63,178 nt of DNA, filler included, from Octopus bimaculoides (GCF_001194135.2; 8 parts of 8 records of this genome joined end to end with filler, not necessarily neighbours in it), one strand, 5' to 3'. Shown: positions 1 through 11,833, counted from the whole stretch's first letter. Notes: a model not told the origin generated them from the letters alone. Program-made: numbers and translations.

Positions 1-1100
1 TTATGGGTATTAGACAGTTACCCAGAATAACAAATTACTGGAGCGATCAGGAAACTTTTGGCGATGAATATATTTCCAGTATTATGAACGAGTATGATTC
101 ATGAAGCTGAACCAATATTTACATGTGAGAGACACTAGCAGTACCCCAGTACGTGGAGAACTTTCAGACAAAAATTATGCAATAGAATTGATTAAGAACC
201 CTTTCTTTAATTATGTTCCAAATATCACATTAATATGTTGATAAATAAAAAAAGTTACAGGTGTTTAATGAGACTAGTCTAAATTCATGATTATTTTAGA
301 ATTTAATTGAAACTCATGAGGGGTGTATTTTGGTCAGAAATATAGTAACGAAAGGGTTAATATGAAAAATAGATATTTCGAAATTATCAACAGTAAAACA
401 ATAGAGATAGGCTACAGTTTAACCCATAGCTTAGCTATCATAGCCTCCTTAAATAATAAAAACTAGATATATTTTACTTAAATAAAAATGATATTAATAA
501 TAACTACCCTAACTCCCCTAAACCTAATGTAAATACTAACAACTCTAATAACTCTGTAAATTATAATAGTACACCTCCTAATAACCACTTCTCTAAAAAT
601 AGTAATCCAGTAACAAATAACTCTCCCTTGCACAATAACATTTATAACCTGTGTAATTTCAGAAATATAAATAACTGTGTACTTAAAAACACATGTAAAA
701 GAAAAAGTGTAATCTACCAGTGTACAGTAACAACACAATATAACAAACATATTTATATAGGTGCCACCCAAAATGAAATGAAGAAACATTTATCCACACA
801 CACACTTTTTAAAACAGGAATAAATATAACTCAACTGGATTGTGTGAAAGGATCAAAATATCAGCTTTCATTTGGAATATATTTATTTCAGTACCCTGTT
901 ATAACATAAAAAATTTTTTAAATGTCATCTTTCTATAAATGAGAAATTTTTCATCCTCATGGATAAACTCATCTCACTCAACCTGAGAGAGAAATGACAT
1001 ATTGTTTGCACATAGGTAAACGTTTATTCTTTAAATAAAATTGAAACTGGTTAATTTTCTACTCCTTCTCTCCCACAATAGTACCCATAGTTATTCATCC
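1..1100 (+). mobile_element. Degraded Penelope-like element (RT C-terminal region and GIY-YIG endonuclease remnant)
   Basis: ORF 628-909 reads CKRKSVIYQCTV...HIYIGATQNEMKKHLSTH (GIY-YIG type VIY..YIG). Upstream frame KTIEIGYSLTHSLAIIASLNNK matches the PLE 'KISYS..N...II..HN' motif. Many stops and frameshifts. Confidence 0.7.
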
Positions 1101-1602
1101 TAACCATAGTTAATTTCTACCCCACACTGTTACAACCTAGCAATTAAATATCTTGAAACAGATACACCAATCTCCACCTCTAGTAGAATAACACACTGTT
1201 AGCACTTTGCCCCACACAACTAAACACTCTCTTTATATAACAACTAAATATCAACTTTTTACTTTTATATATATATACGTACTTATCTTTCTTTCTATTT
1301 TAATTTACACATAACTGTATGTGTGTGTGTATGAATCTGTATCTATATGGCTGATCCATGGATGTATGTGTGTAGATTTACAAGTACTCAAATGTGAGTG
1401 AAGAGGCGTAGCAAGATAGATATGCACATGCATGGATATACACAACACCTTCCTAGGTTCTAGCTAGTCCCATTGGACCACCCCTCTTTTGGTTATCTGG
1501 AAAAATATATAACCCACTTTATTTTACTTTTGCTATTTACTTTAGTTATTCAGTTATTTTCATTCACATAAAAATATATACTCTTTTTTACCCTTTTACT
1601 CT

Positions 1603-1821
1603 TTTATTTGTTTCAGTCCTTTGACTGTGGCCATCCTGGAGCCCCCCCTTTAGTCGAGCAAATTGACCCCAGTACTTATTCTTTGGAAGCCTAGTACTTA
1701 TTCTATCAGTCTCATTTGCTGAACCGCTATGTTAAGGGGATGTAAACACACCAGCATCGGTTGTCAAGCGACGTTGGGGGGACAAACACAGACACACAAA
1801 CATATACACACACATACATAG

Positions 1822-1912
<91 letters not shown>

Positions 1913-2088
1913 TATATATACGACGGGCTTCTTTCAGTTTCCATCTACCAAATCCACTCACAAGGCTTTGGTCGGCCCGAGGCTATAGTAGAAGACACTT
2001 GCCCAAGGTGCCACGCAGTGGGACTGAACCTGGAACCATGTGGTTGGTAAGCAAGCTACTTACCACACAGCCACTCCTACGCCTATAT
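1603..2088 (-). mobile_element. tRNA-derived SINE family A, near full length with central (TA)n
   Basis: Minus strand: ggcgtaggagtggctgtgtggtaag...ggttcagtccc head (A/B boxes), ccttgggcaagtg body, microsatellite, tail ending ggccacagtcaaaggactgaaacaaataaaa. More than 10 related copies in the window. Confidence 0.85.
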
Positions 2089-2109
2089 ATTATGTTATAT
2101 CATATTATA

Positions 2110-2930
2110 TTGTGTAATATTGTAGATTGGATATAGCCTGCCCATCTATACATGCTACATGACTTAATATAATACATAAACAATACTGGCCAAACTCTCT
2201 TAACCACCTGAGGTATACATACTTAAGCTTAGATATTACTTGATAAATCAATAATTTCCTCCCCTTAACCACAAATATTTGTAACTGCTCCCTACTACAT
2301 TATATACTTCAAATCTGCAGAGATGTAAGTGACTTTCTACCCCTTACAAATATTCTTTATGCCCATCCTTTTGTTTTTGAAATTAACTGACCAACAGTAG
2401 CCTCTAACTGTCCAGACCATTCCTACTTCTGATCTGGCATTGTTTCAGGTATGCTGCCCACATATAATACTAAGTAAAACACATAGGAAATCAGTGATAA
2501 ATAATAAATTATAATTATTTTAGTTCTATAACTACCGGTATTTTAAATTCTATTTCTTACTTTTTATTTTTATTTCATGACCTAACCAAAATACTCCTAT
2601 AATTATTATATATTTAACCCACACCAGCAGTAGTCTTCCCCCCATATATAGGAACGTACCACCTAAGTATTATAATTATTCCAATTCTATTACTAAATTT
2701 TAGTCAGTCAAAAAGTTCCCAGAAGGACAGCATGTAACATGAATTAATATATCATCACTTTCTCTCTTTCTTTTTCTTTTCCTTGTCTTTTTCTGCTCTG
2801 ATGAAGTTCCACTATTCAAATTGGTATAATTAATTACTTACAATGATAATTATCATCATCAATGTGGTAGTTAAGCCTGAGAATAGCACCAACAGAAACA
2901 GTTGTCAGATGAGATTTTGTCTTTTTATAA
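2110..2930 (+). mobile_element. Second decayed PLE 3' end (endonuclease trace, 3' UTR, hammerhead-like motif)
   Basis: YINNTGQTL resembles the GIY-YIG YIG.TGQTL motif. Followed by an AT-rich tail and a hammerhead core at 2798-2906. Confidence 0.45.
2795..2910 (+). ncRNA. Degenerate type I hammerhead ribozyme with extended stem II
   Basis: CTGATGA 2798-2804; GAAACAGTTGTC 2895-2906 (GUC site); stem II arms gtt..ctattc / gaatag..aac; stem I only 2 bp. Confidence 0.5.
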
Positions 2931-2934
2931 TCAA

Positions 2935-5402
2935 CTAGCAGTATAGCCCGGCTTTGCCCCGGATTAAGTTGGGATTATTAAGCTAATCAAGTTCTTTATT
3001 GCAAACCAAACTAAGTAACATAACGTCAAATTTGGGCAGAATCAGTGTTGCAACTGTAGCGCATGGGTTGGGAGTTTGATCGGCAGAGGTGATCAGGTTA
3101 CACATGCCAGCCCTTTGAAAACACCACCGCCCTCATTTAACCCCTCTTTGCCCATGGGTTAGGAACCCTTCCAGCAAGGAAAATAGAATGACCAAAAGGG
3201 CTCCCGATTCTCTGTGTCAGAAGTGGTTCTGTTCAGATCAAAACTAAGTCTTAAGTATCATTCATATATATATATATATATATANNNNNNNNNNNNNNNN
3301 NNNNNNNNNNNNNNNNNNNNNNNNNNNNNNNNNNNNNNNNNNNNNNNNNNNNNNNNNNNNNNNNNNNNNNNNNNNNNNNNNNNNNNNNNNNNNNNNNNNN
3401 NNNNNNNNNNNNNNNNNNNNNNNNNNNNNNNNNNNNNNNNNNNNNNNNNNNNNNNNNNNNNNNNNNNNNNNNNNNNNNNNNNNNNNNNNNNNNNNNNNNN
3501 NNNNNNNNNNNNNNNNNNNNNNNNNNNNNNNNNNNNNNNNNNNNNNNNNNNNNNNNNNNNNNNNNNNNNNNNNNNNNNNNNNNNNNNNNNNNNNNNNNNN
3601 NNNNNNNNNNNNNNNNNNNNNNNNNNNNNNNNNNNNNNNNNNNNNNNNNNNNNNNNNNNNNNNNNNNNNNNNNNNNNNNNNNNNNNNNNNNNNNNNNNNN
3701 NNNNNNNNNNNNNNNNNNNNNNNNNNNNNNNNNNNNNNNNNNNNNNNNNNNNNNNNNNNNNNNNNNNNNNNNNNNNNNNNNNNNNNNNNNNNNNNNNNNN
3801 NNNNNNNNNNNNNNNNNNNNNNNNNNNNNNNNNNNNNNNNNNNNNNNNNNNNNNNNNNNNNNNNNNNNNNNNNNNNNNNNNNNNNNNNNNNNNNNNNNNN
3901 NNNNNNNNNNNNNNNNNNNNNNNNNNNNATATATATATATATATAAAAGATAATGAGTGAAAAAACTACAGAAGGCTTGTGTTACATGGTTAAAGTATAT
4001 ATTTAAATTATGTCAGAAAAATGTTATAAAATCATTTTGGTACATAAACATTGTATTTTGAGAAATAACCGGTTTCGTGTTGTCTTTTCAAATTTCTCTA
4101 CTTCATTGTAACGTGTTCGCTCCATATATATATATGAGCAACACACACATACACACACGCACATATGTACACCAATTGCATACATATTTTTTGTACACAT
4201 ACATGTTCATATGTGCGTGTGTGTGTTGCCCGTATATCAACAAAACACACACATCTTGCCTTATATATATATATATATACGGATAAATGATTTAAAATAA
4301 ATATATTTTGGAAATGGCGATTTACGGTACAATACCTAGAAACGTGAAAATCAGACCACATGGGTTTGTTTACATCAAATCAGCAGTTTCCGTAAAAAGT
4401 GTTGGGTTAGGGAAGTGGGAAAGAATGCGAAAGAGATAGAGAGACCGCGCACTTCCTCTCTATCTCTCTCCCTCCCTTACACACATCCCAGTTATCTCTC
4501 ACCTTCTCTCTCTCCCTCCCTTACACACATGCCAGTTATCTCTTTCTTTCTTTCTCTCTCTCCCTGTCTCACACACACAGCAACATTACACACACACACA
4601 TGCCACTCTCTCACACTAACAAAAGAACTTTACATACACACCACACTTTCTGTCTTGCATACTCACTATAAAAAGATAGCGTCTATTTCTTTTTGTCAAC
4701 ATATGTTTTGTGTGTAATGTTGCTCTGTGTGTGAGAGGAGAGAGAGAGAGAGAGAGAAAGAGAGAAANNNNNNNNNNNNNNNNNNNNNNNNNNNNNNNNN
4801 NNNNNNNNNNNNNNNNNNNNNNNNNNNNNNNNNNNNNNNNNNNNNNNNNNNNNNNNNNNNNNNNNNNNNNNNNNNNNNNNNNNNNNNNNNNNNNNNNNNN
4901 NNNNNNNNNNNNNNNNNNNNNNNNNNNNNNNNNNNNNNNNNNNNNNNNNNNNNNNNNNNNNNNNNNNNNNNNNNNNNNNNNNNNNNNNNNNNNNNNNNNN
5001 NNNNNNNNNNNNNNNNNNNNNNNNNNNNNNNNNNNNNNNNNNNNNNNNNNNNNNNNNNNNNNNNNNNNNNNNNNNNNNNNNNNNNNNNTGCTGCTTACCA
5101 TACAACTGTTAAGAAATCGTGTCCCCTCCACTTTTTCTTTACTTTTTTTTTTGTTAGATGCTGGCAAACAAAATGTATCTCTCCTTCACCCTCCCTCTCA
5201 CAAACATACAATTTCACTCTCTCCTTCAGGCACAAACTTCGAAACTAAAAGTTATGATTGAAAATCGATTTTTACAGCTATACACGGGTGCCTCTGAGAG
5301 AAAAAGTTGACGAAAATTCAGATAGGGTCATGATGCATGTCCTCCTAAAATTGGAGCAACATGCGTGCTAATTTGTGGACGTGCATAAACTACATTCACG
5401 TA

Positions 5403-5433
<31 letters not shown>

Positions 5434-5458
5434 CTTGCCTTATATATATATATACAGA
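2935..5458 (-). mobile_element. Non-autonomous Helitron-like composite
   Basis: Minus-strand 3' end: GC hairpin ccggggcaaagccggg then CTAG|T at 2935-2938. Two A|TC-starting 5' ends (TCCGTATATA..AAGGCAAG at 4283, TCTGTATATA..AAGGCAAG at 5458). Interior has (CT)n-rich sequence, a roughly 45 bp tandem duplication near 4455-4545, and gaps. Confidence 0.5.
3940..4115 (-). repeat. About 170 bp repeat, second copy at 7785-7960 (probable PLE terminal repeat fragment)
   Basis: gaaaaaactacagaaggcttgtgttacatggttaaag...ctctacttcattgtaac aligns almost base for base with 7805-7958. Confidence 0.8.
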
Positions 5459-6504
5459 TAAATAACCTATGTTCATCTATTATTAATCATCAATTTTATC
5501 TCTATTTTCTGTTTTCCTTATATATAAACATTAAATCAAATAGAGAGATTCAACTGACACTCCAATAATATATAAAATAATATACTTTGAATATAAATAT
5601 ACGATAACATAAAAAAATCATTAAAACATCAAAAGAGCCAACAATTTGTTTCAACTTGTATACATTATTTGATCTATAAGCAATTCAATCCACTTACATA
5701 AATCTCACCACAGCTTTGGTTTAAACACAAATGAAATTCTGTGTGAAAGGACAATTAGATTGTGAAAAAATTAATTCAAATGTCAATGTATTATGAGTGT
5801 GAGCGTTAACTTTTCAACTGCATGACAATTCCAATTAAAAAACAACAAAATTAAAATGGACAAAACAGTTAAGTACATAGAATCTACAACTATCGTAATA
5901 TATTTCTATATATCTCAAATAATATTAATCCAAACTCATTTAGGTCGAAGACAATCTTTGGCTATTATAATAGCATACAACAATAATATATAAATTAAGT
6001 ATCAGAGTCTTACTTAATCTAGAGACTGTAATAAAACATGTAAATAAATATAAATGATAATATACTATTATACTGGTAGTAATATATAACAACTCTTCTT
6101 TTTTATTTAAAGTTATTGATATAAATGGATACCAAAATATTACTAGTCTTTCAGAAGTAACAAGATTTGAAGTTACTTAAATAAGGATTATTCAGTAACT
6201 AACAAGTAAATGTCCCTATATTCATTTATTATGGACGGGAGAACTCAGTAAATGAAATAAAGTATGATAAACAAAACCAAGGATTGAGTACCAATCCTCG
6301 ATAAATTTAATTATAATTTTATTTTTTTTAGACAAGGGACTGAATCCAAATTATATTAATTCTTTCAGAAGTAACAAAATAATATTGTGGTTATTAAATT
6401 TAGTAAAGTCAAATAAAATTATTCGTTTATTAAAATTTTTATTATTATCATCATCATCAATTAATTATGAAATTAAATTAATGAATTTATATTTTCATTA
6501 TATT

Positions 6505-7690
6505 TTTTCATTTTATCTAGTTTCAGCTCATGAGCTGTGGCCATGCTGGGGCACTGCCATTTGGTGTTGCTACACAATTTTACTTCACGAATTCACATTT
6601 GGTGCATGAGAGAGTTTGATGCAGCTGCTCTCATCTGCACCTCCTGCCGTGAAGTTGGTTCATCTGGGACACCTGATAGGAAGAGGTCCAGCCTCATCTT
6701 GAAGACACCTACATCCACCGCATGCAGGTCTCTCAGGTCCTTCGGGAGGATATTGAAGAGCTGTGAACCTCTGAAGCCCAGGCTATTGCAGTATCTTGTC
6801 CTACATCTNNNNNNNNNNNNNNNNNNNNNNNNNNNNNNNNNNNNNNNNNNNNNNNNNNNNNNNNNNNNNNNNNNNNNNNNNNNNNNNNNNNNNNNNNNNN
6901 NNNNNNNNNNNNNNNNNNNNNNNNNNNNNNNNNNNNNNNNNNNNNNNNNNNNNNNNNNNNNNNNNNNNNNNNNNNNNNNNNNNNNNNNNNNNNNNNNNNN
7001 NNNNNNNNNNNNNNNNNNNNNNNNNNNNNNNNNNNNNNNNNNNNNNNNNNNNNNNNNNNNNNNNNNNNNNNNNNNNNNNNNNNNNNNNNNNNNNNNNNNN
7101 NNNNNNNNNNNNNNNNNNNNNNNNNNNNNNNNNNNNNNNNNNNNNNNNNNNNNNNNNNNNNNNNNNNNNNNNNNNNNNNNNNNTGAGAGCAATAGTCAAA
7201 GTGACTTAGAACAAGTGTCTTCCAGAGCACCATCATGATTTCCTGATCTCTTGTTCTAAAAGTCCTAAGAATCCATCTGGTCAGTCGCCTGCATTTCATT
7301 GACAATTTAGCAACATGAACATGAAAGGATGCATTATTACTCATATAAATGCCCAGGTCTCGCACTGTCTCTGCTTCTGAGATTGCAGTCCCTCCAGGTC
7401 CAGTGTATTTAATGGGTATTGCATTTAGTTTTGCATGCTGATAGCATAAGGCTTGAAACTTTTCAGCATTAAACTGCATGTTATTCTTTTCAACCCACTT
7501 GTATATTTCATCCAGCTCACATTGCAGGTGCAAAGTGTCTTCAGGGTTCTGTATTACCTGTGAGACTTTTGTATCATCTGCATAACTTGTGACCGTAGTT
7601 CTCTGTGTGGTTGAGGGCATGTCTGAGAGGGCCATTATGAACAGTAGTGGTCCCAAAACAGTGCCTTGCGGAACACCGCTCCCTATTTGC
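6505..7690 (-). mobile_element. 5'-truncated CR1/L2-group LINE (RT domain through 3' tail)
   Basis: SGVPQGTVLGPLLF...YADDTK...QCELDEIYKWVEKNNMQFNAEKF, then C-terminal FKMRLDLFLSGVPDEP...RAAASNSL. The 3' UTR ends in a stem-loop and A-rich tail at about 6505. Confidence 0.85.
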
Positions 7691-7700
7691 GTGTCATTGA

Positions 7701-7756
<56 letters not shown>

Positions 7757-7784
7757 TTGGTATGTGAAAGCACGTGGTTGGATG

Positions 7785-8333
7785 TATAAAAGATAAACAA
7801 GAGTGGAAAAACTATAGAAGGCTTGTGTTACATGGTTAAAGTATATATTTAAATTATGTCAGAAAAATGTTATAAAATTTTTTGGTATATAAACATTGTA
7901 TTTGGAGAAATAACCGGTTTCATGTTGTCTTTTCAAATTTCTCTACTTCATCGTAACATGTGTTTTCTCCCGTGTGTAAAAAAGAGTTCTAGAAAGGAGG
8001 AGGTAATTAGGGAGATAATCGAAATGTAGGAGGTGGTAGATTTTGATTAATTTACCATGGTTTGGTTCAGAAGGAATAGTATGTTAGGTTTTGTTCTATA
8101 TTTTTCTCAATATTTTTTTCCTCTCAGTGGGGTGATGAATTTCCTTATTTAAATGTGTTAGCAATGGTTAAGTTTGGGTTTGTATTTTTGAATGAAGAAG
8201 GTTTCCTTATTTAATCTAATTTGTGTTGGTGTTCTAATGGCACATTGATAGAATGGAAAGATTATAACTTGTGGTAGCATTTGTTTTGCGCATTTCTCAA
8301 TATGCTCACTAAAGGGTATCATTCGGTATTCTG
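7785..8333 (-). mobile_element. PLE 3' end (GIY-YIG C-terminus, 3' UTR, terminal repeat)
   Basis: Minus frames EYRMIPFSEHIEK and ETFFIQKYKPKLN* match the PLE endonuclease end 'KE..FI.K.KP.LN'. Continues into the repeat shared with 3940-4115. Confidence 0.6.
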
Positions 8334-8449
8334 NNNNNNNNNNNNNNNNNNNNNNNNNNNNNNNNNNNNNNNNNNNNTTAATTAATTAANNNNNNNNNNN
8401 NNNNNNNNNNNNNNNNNNNNNNNNNNNNNNNNNGTTAGGCTGAGGGTGG

Positions 8450-10923
8450 GGGTAGAGGTAGGGGTATGTGGGTAGGCAGAGGTTGGGGTGGGTGTAAGGA
8501 ATTGGATGGGGTGGGGTGGGAAGGTAGAGTAGGAGTGTGTTGGAGTGGGATGAGCTTATGAGGGAGGGTTGACGATGAAGGGGGAGGGGTGATGATGAAA
8601 GTGGAAGGGGAAGGTGGATATAAGAGAGGGGAAGGAGGGTATGAGGAAGCGAGGAGAAAGAGAGGAAGAGAGTAAGAGAGAGTGAAAGAGAGTAAGAGAG
8701 AAGACAGTGAGAGAGAGAGAGTAAGAGAGAAAGAGTAGGGGTGAAGAGAAGTAGGAGTGAAGAGAAGTAGGAGTGAAGAGAAGTAGTAGTCGGAGCAGGA
8801 GGGGAGAGGTGGGTGGTAGAAAGTAGGAGGGAGGGCGGAGGGGAGAGAGAAAGGCAGGGGTGGGGTTAGATGAAAAGGGGAGGGGAGTTGAGCCCNNNNN
8901 NNNNNNNNNNNNNNNNNNNNNNNNNNNNNNNNNNNNNNNNNNNNNNNNNNNNNNNNNNNNNNNNNNNNNNNNNNNNNNNNNNNNNNNNNNNNNNNNNNNN
9001 NNNNNNNNNNNNNNNNNNNNNNNNNNNNNNNNNNNNNNNNNNNNNNNNNNNNNNNNNNNNNNNNNNNNNNNNNNNNNNNNNNNNNNNNNNNNNNNNNNNN
9101 NNNNNNNNNNNNNNNNNNNNNNNNNNNNNNNNNNNNNNNNNNNNNNNNNNNNNNNNNNNNNNNNNNNNNNNNNNNNNNNNNNNNNNNNNNNNNNNNNNNN
9201 NNNNNNNNNNNNNNNNNNNNNNNNNNNNNNNNNNNNNNNNNNNNNNNNNNNNNNNNNNNNNNNNNNNNNNNNNNNNNNNNNNNNNNNNNNNNNNNNNNNN
9301 NNNNNNNNNNNNNNNNNNNNNNNNNNNNNNNNNNNNNNNNNNNNNNNNNNNNNNNNNNNNNNNNNNNNNNNNNNNNNNNNNNNNNNNNNNNNNNNNNNNN
9401 NNNNNNNNNNNNNNNNNNNNNNNNNNNNNNNNNNNNNNNNNNNNNNNNNNNNNNNNNNNNNNNNNNNNNNNNNNNNNNNNNNNNNNNNNNNNNNNNNNNN
9501 NNNNNNNNNNNNNNNNNNNNNNNNNNNNNNNNNNNNNNNNNNNNNNNNNNNNNNNNNNNNNNNNNNNNNNNNNNNNNNNNNNNNNNNNNNNNNNNNNNNN
9601 NNNNNNNNNNNNNNNNNNNNNNNNNNNNNNNNNNNNNNNNNNNNNNNNNNNNNNNNNNNNNNNNNNNNNNNNNNNNNNNNNNNNNNNNNNNNNNNNNNNN
9701 NNNNNNNNNNNNNGTGGTGGGATGGTAGGTGAGGGGAAAAGGGAGGCGGGAAACGGCAGGGCGGGTTCGTGGGGAGAGAGCAGATGCACGGTCCACGGAA
9801 CGTGCTCTAGCAAGGGCAGTGTGGATGGTGGTGGGGGGATATCCACGTAGGCTAAAGTGGTGAGCCATGAGTTGAGACTGAGGAATTGGGAATAGGGGAT
9901 GGAAAGCTTGGTGTGTTTAGGGTGGGAGGAGGAGAAGTTAAGATAAGAGTGTAAGTCTGTGTGTTTGTAGTGAATGGAGGTGCTAAGAGTGGAGTGATTG
10001 ATGCTGACCGAAATGTCAGGAAAGGGGACAGAGGTTTCAGAGATAGTGCAGGTGAAGTGGAGGCCAGGATGGAAGGATTGAACAAAAGAGAGGAACGAGT
10101 CAAGATGTTCGCGGGAGAGTGAGGTGGCACCGATACAGTCGTCAGTATAACGACCGTATAGTTCGGGAATAGGACCAGTGAAACTTGAGAATATTTGGGC
10201 TTCAACATAGCCAACGAACAGGTTCGCATAGTTGGAGCCGATTCTCGTTCCCATGACCACTCCCGAGAAATGCTGGTAGAAATCACCCGCGAACGAGAAG
10301 CAGTTAAGAGAGAGAACAAGTTCGGCCAGACGAATGAGTGTGGAGGTGTCGGGTTGTGCGTTGAGGCGTAGATCGAGGAAATATTTAAGTGCACGCAGCC
10401 CCTCGTCGTGAAGGATCACCGTATAGCGGCTCTGGATGTCGAGGGTGAAAAGAAGCTTAGAAGGGCCAGGAGGGAAGGAGAAAGAGTTGAATAAACGAAG
10501 CGTGTGGTTGGTGTCATGAATGTGAGAAGGGAGAGAAGCCACTAGGGGGGCAAGGACACGGTCTAGGTATTTTGAGATAAGCTCGGTAGGTCNNNNNNNN
10601 NNNNNNNNNNNNNNNNNNNNNNNNNNNNNNNNNNNNNNNNNNNNNNNNNNNNNNNNNNNNNNNNNNNNNNNNNNNNNNNNNNNNNNNNNNNNNNNNNNNN
10701 NNNNNNNNNNNNNNNNNNNNNNNNNNNNNNNNNNNNNNNNNNNNNNNNNNNNNNNNNNNNNTGGGGGTGGAAGTAAATGGTGGGGGTGCATGGGGTGCGA
10801 ACAATAAGGTTGGAGGCGGTGGCGGGGAGACGGAGGGAGAGGATGAGGTCATGGATAGTGGAGGACACAGTCTGTTGGTAGCTGGGCGTGGGGTCAGAGG
10901 GCAGAGAGCGGTAGAATGAGGTA
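8450..10923 (-). mobile_element. Penelope-like retroelement, RT largely readable, GC-rich, gapped
   Basis: TSFYRSLPSDPT...PTELISKYLD...LFTLDIQSRYT...GVVMGTRIGSNYANLFVG...YGRYTDDCIG...YKHTDLHSYL..SSSHP..IPYSQFL, then (frameshift) RGYP...PLTYHP. Pyrimidine-rich 3' region on the coding strand. 5' end truncated at (TA)n. Confidence 0.9.
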
Positions 10924-11091
10924 TGTATATATATATATATTAGGGATAAAAATCCAAATTTACAGGTAAAAACTCAATTAAATTCAATTTATTAAAAATT
11001 GAAATTAAATTAAGTTTCACAGTATAAAATATATAAATATATAGTTTTAGAGAAAAGAACCAAAGTTCATGAACTCATCCATGAAAATCCG

Positions 11092-11177
11092 CAGTCACAT
11101 ATAGAAAAATTATTAAGTAAAAGCACGATAAATAAGTATAATATGCTTTTACTTATTAATTCTTCTATATGTGACTG
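11092..11177. repeat. Foldback hairpin, 34 bp arms
   Basis: cagtcacatatagaaaaattattaagtaaaagca (11092-11125) vs tgcttttacttattaattcttctatatgtgactg (11144-11177), 2 mismatches. Confidence 0.85.
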
Positions 11178-11339
11178 TAGAGAGAGAGAGGGGGGATATG
11201 AGCGATAGTGGTGTCAATTAGACCCAGAGGTTTCAGGTAATACTGAGTAAGGGCTATGGATAGACCATAGTTAAGCTCCAGGTTCGGAGATTATGCGAAT
11301 AAGGGGTCTAACGTAGGTCATATATCAGCATGTGAATAT

Positions 11340-11798
11340 CAGGTGCATTTGTGAGAGAGTTCTCTAAAAAGTCACCAACGGTAATGCAGATTTGGACATG
11401 ACACAAAAAATTCAAAGTGGAAGTCTGTCTGTGCAGGGCAAAAGAATCAGGACGACCACTAACATCGGAAGAGATGGTTGAGCGGGTTCGCCAAAAACTC
11501 TTGCGAAGCCCCAAGAAGTCCATAAGATGAACAAGTCTGGAAATCCAGATTCCTCCAACAACAGTTTGGTGCATCCTGAGGAAACGCTTGCTAATGAAAC
11601 CCTACAAGCTGCAGCTCGTTCAGGCTATAACGGCAGATGAAATCGTTCATGGAATCCACATAACTCTGAATTTCTCATTCAAATTTGGAGAATAAATCTT
11701 ATGTTGCTCAATATTAAGCTTGTTTAAGTTCATCTGCTTTGACTATGTAGTTTCTGTGATATCAACATCTCAATTGATATCAATTTTTTTTAAAAACC

Positions 11799-11801
<3 letters not shown>
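11340..11801 (+). mobile_element. Internally deleted Tc1/mariner element (HTH region)
   Basis: GRPLTSEEMVERVRQKLLRSPKKSIR*TSLEIQIPPTTVWCILRKRLLMKPYKLQLVQA. Right end aaaaaccctg|TA. Confidence 0.7.

Positions 11802-11833
<32 letters not shown>

Noticed and set aside
1727-1988. ORFs of YIYI/HTHT/CVCV/LSLS type throughout the track, and long ORFs spanning N runs
   Set aside because: Translations of microsatellites or gaps.
5520-5830. AT-rich stretch resembling the PLE endonuclease end at 770-1000
   Set aside because: Similarity is limited to short words (tgtgtgaaagga). It is plausible but not supportable by eye.
8378-8389. TTAATTAATTAA centred in N runs (also about 11987, 34148, 36043, 40281, 50943, 60474)
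   Set aside because: An identical 12-mer with stops in all frames, always flanked by about 45-50 N on each side, is an assembly gap filler and not biology.
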